The notes under the pieces were generated by a model that ran no database searches, had not been told where the DNA came from, and saw only the letters and a program-made list of their open reading frames with translations. This document shows, piece by piece, positions 1-7,579 of a DNA stretch of 24,000 nucleotides. Within the stretch, counting starts at the first letter, position 1. Each line of letters starts with the position of its first letter. The DNA is from Bacillota bacterium (GTDB taxonomy: Bacteria; Bacillota; Clostridia; Lachnospirales; Lachnospiraceae), in the NCBI GenBank assembly GCA_023390555.1, contig JAEWCQ010000033.1, forward strand, positions 192,829 to 216,828, given 5' to 3'. The translations under genes and the position numbers were made by a program.

Positions 1-237
1 TTTGATGCTAGCAGGATGAAAAACAGTTACAATGATTAAATGCACGCAAAGCATAAAAGAATATCCGCAGATTGTAAGACAGTGAAGTATTTCCTTAAAA
101 TTTAGGTGAGAAATATAAGATATATGCAGCGGGTTATTTTAAACTCTATAGGATATTTTTGACAAAAAATAAATTGATTTATCATCTATTCTGACAATTT
201 TTAAGTGATAATGCATGAATAGTCTTTATATTTCAAA

Positions 238-245
238 TGTATAAT
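238..245 (+). promoter_or_regulatory. candidate extended -10 promoter element upstream of the GH3 gene
   Basis: TGTATAAT at 238-245, about 120 nt upstream of the ATG at 364. The -35 region (217-222, GAATAG) is poor. Confidence 0.3.
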
Positions 246-363
246 TGCATATTATTGCCAATAGGAGTAAAATTATTGAAATAATGAATCGTTACTGGAT
301 TTGTACAAGATGTAATGGCGGGTTAGATTGATTTTTCTGAAAAATATCATTAATGGGGGTTTA

Positions 364-2217
364 ATGATGAGAAGAAGATTAACAGGGGTACTGTTGACAT
401 TTGTACTGGTTCTGTCAGGCTGCAGCGGGAAACAGTCTGCCAGCGTGGAGCATACGAGCGAGAATACGGCTGATACATCCAATGACGGGGGAAGCAGTGC
501 TTCTGTGGATGATATTCTTGCACGATTAACCTTGGATCAAAAGGCTGCGCAGATGGTGCAGGGAGCAGTGTACAACGTATCTGAAAGCAGTATGCAGAAG
601 AACTGCTATGGCAGCATTCTTTCTACTTTTGGTGAGAATTCCCTGAATGCATCGGAATGGAAGAATCTGATTCTGAAATATCAGAAAGCTGCGGTCAGTT
701 CGGAGGCAGGCATTCCTTACCTATATGGAAATGATGCGGTTCACGGCGTGAGTACCTGCGAAGAAGCGGTCATATTTCCGCATAATATAGGTATCGGTGC
801 TGCGAATGATGAGGAGCTGACCTATCAGATGGGATTAGCTGTAGCAAATGAAGCGAAGTTAACAGGCATGTTGTGGAGTTTTTCTCCGTGCTTATCCGCG
901 GCGCAGGATCCGCGCTGGGGACGCACCTATGAAAGTTATTCCTCGGAGACAGATCTTGTTACGGAGCTTGGTACGTCGTTTTCGAAGGGGATGATCGATG
1001 GCGGCATCCTTCCCTGTGCAAAACATTTCTTTGCAGACGGCAATGTTTTGTATGGAACAGGGGAAACACTGGATGGGGAAAAAAGACTGATTGACCGCGG
1101 TGATTCTCAGCTGTCAGATGAAGAGATTCAGGATTTATTGAAGGTATATCAGGCTGCGATTGATGCAGGGGTTAAGACCATCATGATCAGTCACAGCAGT
1201 TTAAACGGAACGAAGATGCATGCGAATGAGAAATATATCTCGATGTTAAAAAACGACATGGGATTTGAGGGCTTTATCGTAAGTGATTGGGACTCTATAC
1301 ATAATATACCGGGTGATAACCTGAAAGATCAGACGATTACGGCTATTAACGCCGGGATTGATATGCTGATGGAGGATTCTGACTATGAGGAATGCCGGAA
1401 ATATATTGTGGAAGCAGTAAATGAAGGCGATATCTCCAAGGATCGCGTGGATGATGCTGTGAAACGAATCCTCACAGTAAAGAAAGAGATGGGGATTCTG
1501 GATGATCCGATGATGGAGAAGGTAACATCCAAAGAGAGCAGTGTAGGGTCGCAGGAATACCGGGATTTGGCAAAAACGCTGGTAGAAGAGAGTCTTGTAC
1601 TGTTAAAGAATGATAATTCGATACTGCCAATTCAGGAAGGAACGAAGATATTCGTGACAGGGCCAGCCGCTAATGATGTCGGGGTTCAGTGCGGGGGCTG
1701 GACGATTACCTGGCTTGGCAGTACGGATGCAGATAACAACGGTCATAAGTGGATACCGGAAGGGAAGACGATACTGGACGGCCTGAATGAACTTGCGGAC
1801 GAATATGATCTGACGATCATTACGGATCAGGAGCAGGCAGCGGATGCTGATCTGACATTATTGTGTCTGGGAGAAAAGACCTATGCCGAATGGAAAGGTG
1901 ACAGTGCAGATATCAGTATTACCGGTGAACTTGGTCTCGATGGCAATGCCGAAGCAATTGACCTGGCCAAAAGTCTGGGGCATCCGACCGTGGCCTGCCT
2001 TGTAGCAGGAAGAAATGTGATCATCAGCGATTATATGGAGCAGTGGGACGGTATCGTTATGTGCTATCTGCCTGGAAGTGAAGGCGACGGCATCGCGAAT
2101 GTACTCACAGGAAAGAGCAGTTTTCAGGGAACTTTACCGATGCCATACTACGCAAAGGTGGAAGATATCAGAACAGATAATATCCTGTTTCCGGTGGGCT
2201 ATGGATTAAAGTATTAG
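364..2217 (+). CDS. glycoside hydrolase family 3 (beta-glucosidase / beta-hexosaminidase-like) lipoprotein
   Basis: ORF 328..2217. The likely start is MMRRRL at 364, after GGGGG. Signal peptide with lipobox LVLSGC. GH3 motifs AKHFFADGN and GFIVSDWDS (nucleophile Asp region). Two-domain length is typical of GH3. Confidence 0.85.
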   Translation: MMRRRLTGVLLTFVLVLSGCSGKQSASVEHTSENTADTSNDGGSSASVDDILARLTLDQKAAQMVQGAVYNVSESSMQKNCYGSILSTFGENSLNASEWKNLILKYQKAAVSSEAGIPYLYGNDAVHGVSTCEEAVIFPHNIGIGAANDEELTYQMGLAVANEAKLTGMLWSFSPCLSAAQDPRWGRTYESYSSETDLVTELGTSFSKGMIDGGILPCAKHFFADGNVLYGTGETLDGEKRLIDRGDSQLSDEEIQDLLKVYQAAIDAGVKTIMISHSSLNGTKMHANEKYISMLKNDMGFEGFIVSDWDSIHNIPGDNLKDQTITAINAGIDMLMEDSDYEECRKYIVEAVNEGDISKDRVDDAVKRILTVKKEMGILDDPMMEKVTSKESSVGSQEYRDLAKTLVEESLVLLKNDNSILPIQEGTKIFVTGPAANDVGVQCGGWTITWLGSTDADNNGHKWIPEGKTILDGLNELADEYDLTIITDQEQAADADLTLLCLGEKTYAEWKGDSADISITGELGLDGNAEAIDLAKSLGHPTVACLVAGRNVIISDYMEQWDGIVMCYLPGSEGDGIANVLTGKSSFQGTLPMPYYAKVEDIRTDNILFPVGYGLKY

Positions 2218-2251
2218 AAACAGCCGGACAATTGATGATGTTTATTAGAAA

Positions 2252-2285
2252 GAAGGAGGGAATACATCCCTCCTTCATCTTAGTT
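2252..2285 (+). terminator. intrinsic terminator after the GH3 gene
   Basis: Perfect 10-bp GC-rich stem GAAGGAGGGA (2252-2261) / TCCCTCCTTC (2267-2276) with 5-nt loop. The downstream tract is only moderately T-rich. Confidence 0.6.
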
Positions 2286-2447
2286 TCAGGATACTCCACG
2301 GAGGCGTGCATACAGGTAATACAGGGCACCTGCATAACGATATCAGGTTTTAACGTTCCACAGGTCTATGCCGCTGCAATAATATACTATATGACTTTTA
2401 GTTTGAGGTGTATGATTTATAAAAATACTTCCAAAGGAGCTATTTTT

Positions 2448-3044
2448 ATGAATATGACATCTTTTTTTCTATACTGTGTGATTGTTACAGTTACACCAGG
2501 ACCTACCAATATTGTAATACTGTCTGCCGTGAATAAATTCGGTGCCAAAAAGGCAAGGGAGTATACTTATGGAGCAACGGCAGCGTTTGGTTTATTACTT
2601 GTTATATCAGCATTGTTAAATACGGTACTTATGGCGGTAATACCCAAAATACTGCCTGTGATGCAAGTGATCGGGAGCCTTTATATTGTCTATCTCGCTT
2701 ATCAAATATTGAGAATGGATACATCAAAAGATACGGTAAAACAAACTGCCACCTTTCTGTCCGGGTTCCTGATGCAGTTTATCAATCCCAAGGTCGTATT
2801 GTTCACCATGACAGTCATTCCAAGTTTTGTCATGCCATATTATACGGCATTGCCTACTTTGATGATATTTGTTGCATGTATAACAATTATTGGGTTTTTG
2901 GCATTTTTTACATGGATTATTTTTGGGACAATCTTTAAAGAATTTCTGCAGAAATATCAAAAGGCTGTTAATATAATTATGGCAGTATTTTTAGTTTATT
3001 CTGCAATCATGGTATCCGGTGTTATGGATCTGGTTAAGAGGTGA
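2448..3044 (+). CDS. LysE/RhtB family amino-acid (or metabolite) exporter
   Basis: Internal ATG at 2448 preceded by AAAGGAG (2433-2439). N-terminus MNMTSFFLYCVIVTVTPGPTN matches the LysE-family TPGP motif. About 6 hydrophobic segments. The upstream part of ORF 2232.. has no RBS and covers the terminator. Confidence 0.8.
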   Translation: MNMTSFFLYCVIVTVTPGPTNIVILSAVNKFGAKKAREYTYGATAAFGLLLVISALLNTVLMAVIPKILPVMQVIGSLYIVYLAYQILRMDTSKDTVKQTATFLSGFLMQFINPKVVLFTMTVIPSFVMPYYTALPTLMIFVACITIIGFLAFFTWIIFGTIFKEFLQKYQKAVNIIMAVFLVYSAIMVSGVMDLVKR

Positions 3045-3049
3045 TTTCT

Positions 3050-3826
3050 ATGGATCAGTTTATCTATAAAAAATGTGCAGGTGTTACTGCACTGTCGGCA
3101 AGTTTTACCGATTTTAAATACAAAAAACATTCTCATAAGGAATATGCAATGGGTGTAACCTTACGTGGTATTCAGCAGTATAACCTCGAAGGAAGCTTTC
3201 AATCATCCTATAAAAATGGTGTAATGCTGTTCCATCCGGAACAACCACATGATGGGATGGCACATGATAAATCTGGTATTGATTATGTGATGCTGTATAT
3301 TGAGCCGGCATTATTTTTGGAGATTCTGGAAAAAAAGAGCAGGATCCTGTTTTCTTCTCCCATTGTGTATAATTATAGACTTGAACAACAAATACTAAAG
3401 CTTTCGAATGCAATATTAAGAGAAGAGGATGAAGCCTTTTGCAGCGAATTACTTTTATCGCTTGCAGATCGCTTTGCGGAAACGAATCTTTATGAAAGCT
3501 GCGGGAAAGATAACACGCTGATTATGAAAGCAAAGGAAATGATTTGTTGCAGCACAAAAGGTGTATTAAGCCTTGATGATATTTGTAAAGAACTTGATAT
3601 GTCAAAGTTTAAGTTGATAAGGGTATTTAAAACGAATACCGGAATCTCGCCATACCAGTATTTTCTAAACTACAAGGTAGAGCGTGCTAAGAAGTTAATA
3701 GAGAAAAATAAAGATGTTTATTCCGCGGTGGCAGAATGTGGATTTGTGGATTTGACACATCTAAATAAATATTTTAAAAGCATCTATGGAATAACAGCAT
3801 TTGAATATATGTCTCACTTAAATTGA
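3050..3826 (+). CDS. AraC family transcriptional regulator (N-terminal cupin-like sensor, C-terminal HTH)
   Basis: C-terminal AraC-type double HTH (ISPYQYFLNYKVERAKKLI ... GFVDLTHLNKYFKSIYGITAFEY). ATG at 3050 after AAGAGG. Overlaps or abuts the LysE stop. Confidence 0.85.
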   Translation: MDQFIYKKCAGVTALSASFTDFKYKKHSHKEYAMGVTLRGIQQYNLEGSFQSSYKNGVMLFHPEQPHDGMAHDKSGIDYVMLYIEPALFLEILEKKSRILFSSPIVYNYRLEQQILKLSNAILREEDEAFCSELLLSLADRFAETNLYESCGKDNTLIMKAKEMICCSTKGVLSLDDICKELDMSKFKLIRVFKTNTGISPYQYFLNYKVERAKKLIEKNKDVYSAVAECGFVDLTHLNKYFKSIYGITAFEYMSHLN

Positions 3827-3841
3827 GGAGGAGTGTTTAAG

Positions 3842-4249
3842 ATGGAATTTGCGAATAAGATCGTAATCATAATTAGAGGGGATCTTTTTGTATGGCAAAA
3901 ACTAAATGTTACAGCATTTTTAATGAGCGGGATTGGCGGGACTCAAAGTATTATTGGAGAACCTTATGTCGATGGGGACGGTATGACTTATCTGCCGATG
4001 TCACAGCAGCCCATCATGATTTATTCCGCAAGTGGCACGGAGTTGAATGCGGTACTGAAAAAGGCTCTTACAAAAGAAGTTAAGATGACGATTTATACCG
4101 AAGAAATTTTCAAGACATATAATGATATGGACAATCGTGCAAAAATTGCAGAATATAAAACGGATGAGCTAAACCTTGTAGGTATCGGCATGATAGGCAA
4201 GAAGAATCACGTTGACAGACTGACAAAAGGTCTTAAACTGCACGATTAG
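3842..4249 (+). CDS. DUF2000 family protein (function unknown)
   Basis: ATG at 3842 after GGAGGAG (3826-3832). About 135 aa. The pattern KIVIIIRGDL..WQKLNVTAFL ... LVGIGMIGKKNHVDRLTKGLKL resembles DUF2000, recalled from memory. Confidence 0.65.
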   Translation: MEFANKIVIIIRGDLFVWQKLNVTAFLMSGIGGTQSIIGEPYVDGDGMTYLPMSQQPIMIYSASGTELNAVLKKALTKEVKMTIYTEEIFKTYNDMDNRAKIAEYKTDELNLVGIGMIGKKNHVDRLTKGLKLHD

Positions 4250-4337
4250 ATCTGTAGAGCATTACAGTATGAAATGTACTTATCAGCGATTATCAGGTAA
4301 ATGCGATAGAAATAATAAAAATTTCACAGAAGTAAAG

Positions 4338-4380
4338 CAAAAGGCATTGGAATTCAAAATTCCGGTGCCTTTTGTATATG
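4338..4380 (+). terminator. intrinsic terminator after the DUF2000 gene
   Basis: About 17-bp stem CAAAAGGCATTGGAATT / AATTCCGGTGCCTTTTG (two G.U pairs) with a short loop, ending in TTTTG TATAT. Confidence 0.75.
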
Positions 4381-4526
4381 GATTTAATTTTAGGGGCAAT
4401 ATTTTTGTGAGATTCAGTCATTCGCATCGTGTCTGTGAAAATAAATATTTGCACGGTTAGGGTGCAACTAATTATTCGAAATGGATAAGGGAGTTCGATA
4501 TAATGTGGTTACATAGAAAGGAGGAT

Positions 4527-4826
4527 ATGCAGCATGAAAAATTAAGAGTTCTTTTGGTATGCGGGTCAGGCGCTTCCAGCGGATTCATGGCAGCAAATAT
4601 CAGAAAAGCGGCAAAAGAAAAAGGGATAGAAATGGACGTACAGGCAAGAAGCGATTCTGAAATTGATAATTACATAGAAGATGTGGATCTGATTATGGTT
4701 GGCCCGCATCTTGAGTATGTAATGGGTAAACTGTCACTCTTTGTTGCGTTCCTAGTACCATTTAATTACTGTGAGGAGAAGAAGCTGCGTAAACAGAGAC
4801 TGATAGCTTTACAGATCGTGTCATGA
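4527..4826 (+). pseudogene. PTS EIIB (lactose/cellobiose family), truncated or fused remnant
   Basis: ATG at 4527 after AAAGGAGG. The first ~66 aa (KLRVLLVCGSGASSGFMAANIRKAAKEKGIEMDV...VDLIMVGPHLEYV) match EIIB-cellobiose with the catalytic Cys. The remaining ~33 aa (GKLSLFVAFLVPFNYCEEKKLRKQRL...) do not resemble the conserved EIIB C-terminus. Confidence 0.55.
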
Positions 4827-5353
4827 GCATAGATGTCATTAAAAATATTTATCCCTGTTACGATCTGGAATTGTTACAAAAGATCATCGAAACGAATTGT
4901 GAGGAATATCATTAATTCATAAATGAATATGCTTTCATGAATCTAATCTTGGATTTGGTTATCGGCATTGACCGAATGAAAAAAGAAAGGACATTCGAAA
5001 TTGAAAAGCATTTCCATGTGACCTATAGCGTAACCAAATTTGAAGAATTAACGAATCTTGATTTGTCAGAGGATGAAATAGGTTACATTGCGCTTCATAT
5101 CGGTGGAAATCTGGAAACACAAAAGTCCAAAAGAAAGGTGATCAGCTGTGTGATCCTGTTTCCACAATATTATGATTTCTCAAATAAAATGATGGATGAA
5201 TTAAAAAATCATTATCAGGAACAATTAGAAATAAAAACAGTCATTACGTCATCAGATGAGATTAAGATGCTGGATAAATCAAATGCAGGTAAGGTTGCAA
5301 AGAGTGCTACGTATATAGATTTTATCGAAGCGGTGATTGGATGTTTCAATTAG
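4826..5353 (+). pseudogene. remnant of a PRD-domain PTS regulator (LicR/MtlR-like PRD plus EIIB-like segment) with an in-frame stop
   Basis: Single frame reads ...SIDVIKNIYPCYDLELLQKIIETNCEEYH*FINEYAFMNLILDLVIGIDRMKK...EDEIGYIALHIGG, which is PRD-like. TAA at 4913-4915 interrupts it. No N-terminal HTH and no EIIA domain is present. Confidence 0.5.
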
Positions 5354-5367
5354 AAAGGAAAGGGAAG

Positions 5368-5625
5368 ATGAAAAAATTTGATTATATCATTACGGATCCG
5401 GCAGGAATTCATGCAAGGCCGGCAGGTATGCTTGCAAAGGCAGCCTCTGTCTATAAGAGTTCCATTACGATAGAAAGAGATGGCAAGGTGGCCAATGTAA
5501 AGAGAATCCTGGAATTAATGGCACTTGGGGTCGAACGTGATGAAAAAGTATCTTTTACTATTGAAGGTGCGGATGAAGATCTCGCAGTGGAAGAATTAGA
5601 TACATTATGCAAAGAAAATCTATAA
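5368..5625 (+). CDS. HPr-family phosphocarrier protein (His15 present, Ser46-equivalent absent)
   Basis: MKKFDYIITDPAGIHARPAG carries the HPr active-site GIHARPA. 85 aa. RBS GAAAGGAAAGGGAAG. The region aligning to HPr K-S46-I-M reads KRILELMALG, so the HprK target Ser is not conserved. Confidence 0.85.
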   Translation: MKKFDYIITDPAGIHARPAGMLAKAASVYKSSITIERDGKVANVKRILELMALGVERDEKVSFTIEGADEDLAVEELDTLCKENL

Positions 5626-5779
5626 ATTCCGGAGCATCATTATGGATAAGTATATTGAAAAGATCCGTATAGTGAAAGGCGTTTGAACTCCGTTAAAATA
5701 CATGGTATATTAATATCTATGCCAAGATGAATTTCAATAAGATTGATTTTGTGCTGTTTCGAAATAGGGAGGGATTTTT

Positions 5780-6355
5780 ATGTTTGAAAGCACGAGGTTG
5801 GTATATAGAACATTGAACGAAGCAGATTTTGATTTGTTTTATGAATTAAATTCGGATGAAGAAGTAATGAAATATACGTACTTAGACAGACTCAGTTCAC
5901 GAGAAGATGCAATGAAAGCTTTTCAGGATATCCTGCTGGATCAGAGGAATCCGGAAAAAGGCACCCAATATGTTGTCAGTTTAAAGGGAACAAATATTCC
6001 AATCGGATTCGTCGATTATGAGGTTGTTTTGAATCATGCGCAAGGCGGAATATTTGAAATCGGATATTTTATGAAACCAAGGTATTGGGGTCAGGGGTTT
6101 GGCACAGAAATGGGAAGGGCTTTCATCGATTATCTGTTTGGGAACTTCCCTATACATAAAGTGATTGCCAGTGTTAATTCAAAAAATAGCAAGTCAGAAG
6201 GTGTAATCGTAAAATTAGGTATGACAAAAGAAGGCGTGTTTAAAAAAGTAAGATATAAAGATGGCCGCTGGGATGATGAGCTGAACTATGGATTGCTCAA
6301 AGAAGAGTGGATGATACGCCAGATCGAGGGCGCGTCAGCAAACTCTTCATCTTAA
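5780..6355 (+). CDS. GNAT family N-acetyltransferase (RimJ/RimL-like)
   Basis: RBS GGGAGGG before the ATG at 5780. Acetyl-CoA binding motif RYWGQGFGTEMGRAF. Size and layout are typical of GNAT_3/RimL-type enzymes. Confidence 0.8.
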   Translation: MFESTRLVYRTLNEADFDLFYELNSDEEVMKYTYLDRLSSREDAMKAFQDILLDQRNPEKGTQYVVSLKGTNIPIGFVDYEVVLNHAQGGIFEIGYFMKPRYWGQGFGTEMGRAFIDYLFGNFPIHKVIASVNSKNSKSEGVIVKLGMTKEGVFKKVRYKDGRWDDELNYGLLKEEWMIRQIEGASANSSS

Positions 6356-6522
6356 AATGGCGGCGGTACAAGAAGTAACTGAAGGAAAACGATTCAGTGC
6401 TTTTCCTCGGCTGTTGTAAAATCAAAGCAAATCCAGCCGGTTACTTCTGTAAATGAGCAATCTTTCGTAGGATTGAGCAGATTACGATTGCAGGAATCGT
6501 TTAAAGACAAGGAGAAATGAAA

Positions 6523-7317
6523 ATGAGTTTCATCACAGTAAGTCATGAAAAATGTATAAAGTGCGGGATATGCGTCGAGGTATGTCCGGAAAATGTATTT
6601 AAACTTGGGGAAGACGGCCCTGAGGCAGTTTGTGCCGATGAGTGTATTGCCTGCGGCCACTGTGTTGCGGTATGTCCAAAGGAAGCAATGGATCATGTAC
6701 GAACACCCTTAGGCAATCAGATCAGCGCAAAAAAATTTCCCAAATTAAGTCCGGATGAGGCTGAAAATTTTCTTCGTTCAAGGCGTTCCATTCGATCCTA
6801 TAAAGAGAAGCCTGTTCCGAGAGAAAAACTAATCGCACTGGTCAATGCCGCGCATTACGCACCAAGCGGACATAATCTGCAAGGCATATCGTATGCAATC
6901 ATCGATGATCGGAACCTGCTTGATCAGGCGGTTAAACTTGTAATTGAAGAATATGAAAAAGATCATGTATCCGGAAGCTTTATAAAAGGATATCGTGAGA
7001 ACGGAACTGATACCATCTTACGTGGAGCATCCAGCCTTGTCCTTGCGATTGCGGATGCAGACTTTCCGCGGGGAAGAGAAAATTCGATTTTTTCACTCAC
7101 CTATTTGGAGTTATATGCACCGACTTTGGGATTGGGTTCCTGTTGGGCAGGAATATTTGAAAGAATTGCCATGAAGGAGAATTCCCCGTTGACCGGCTTG
7201 TTTCAGATTCCTGCCAATAAGAAAATTACCGGTGCCGTTATGGTTGGATATCCAAAATATAGCTTTGCAAGAGTCGTTGACAGAAATCCATTGGAGTATA
7301 CCTTTATAGAACCGTAA
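6523..7317 (+). CDS. nitroreductase family protein with N-terminal 2x[4Fe-4S] ferredoxin domain
   Basis: Two CxxCxxCxxxCP motifs (CIKCGICVEVCP, CIACGHCVAVCP) followed by the nitroreductase signature RRSIRSYK...HYAPSGHN. AAGGAG at 6508-6513. The start could be 6517 or 6523. Confidence 0.85.
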   Translation: MSFITVSHEKCIKCGICVEVCPENVFKLGEDGPEAVCADECIACGHCVAVCPKEAMDHVRTPLGNQISAKKFPKLSPDEAENFLRSRRSIRSYKEKPVPREKLIALVNAAHYAPSGHNLQGISYAIIDDRNLLDQAVKLVIEEYEKDHVSGSFIKGYRENGTDTILRGASSLVLAIADADFPRGRENSIFSLTYLELYAPTLGLGSCWAGIFERIAMKENSPLTGLFQIPANKKITGAVMVGYPKYSFARVVDRNPLEYTFIEP

Positions 7318-7579
7318 TACCACGCCGATTTTGAATGAAGTACACGGGTATTACTCCAGGCACGGAATCTTTTCAAGGATTCGACCACTCAGACTGCAGC
7401 GGGAGTCAGAAAGTCCATATAAAAGTGTAGATTGGAAGACGATAATACAGGGGGAATTCGGAAAATTATCATAAAATTTAATCCGATTGCATAGAAACCT
7501 GCACAGAATCATTTTCAATCGAATAAACTTAACTGAGAATAAAAATGCGTTGCAATTCAAGCAGTTAACAGGAGTTTAT

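Noticed and set aside
1-39. Possible 3' end of an upstream plus-strand CDS (…FDASRMKNSYND*)
   Set aside because: Only 12 codons are visible at the window edge, so the coding status cannot be supported.
2232-2447. N-terminal 72-aa extension of the LysE ORF
   Set aside because: It has no RBS, it spans the GH3 terminator hairpin, and the sequence is not LysE-like. The internal ATG at 2448 has AAAGGAG and starts the conserved N-terminus.
4269-4460. 63-aa ORF between DUF2000 and the PTS remnant
   Set aside because: It contains the strong terminator hairpin (4338-4380), has no RBS, and its peptide is low-complexity.
4449-4467. TTGCAC-N7-GTGCAA upstream of the EIIB remnant as a sigma-54 (-24/-12) promoter or cre site
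   Set aside because: Spacing and bases do not fit TGGCAC-N5-TTGCA (the spacer is 2 nt too long and both boxes are imperfect) or the cre consensus. The remnant regulator is PRD-type without an AAA+ domain. It is kept only as an unexplained inverted repeat.
6394-6696. 100-aa minus-strand ORF
   Set aside because: It overlaps the ferredoxin domain of the nitroreductase gene in antisense and the structured intergenic region. It has no RBS.
7318-7579. Sigma-K/sigma-E sporulation promoter upstream of the Cys/Pro-rich gene (e.g. CATAAAATT at 7470)
   Set aside because: The -10-like strings lack a correctly spaced -35 (the AC lies 21 nt away) and the terminal TA is imperfect. This is not enough to call a promoter by eye.
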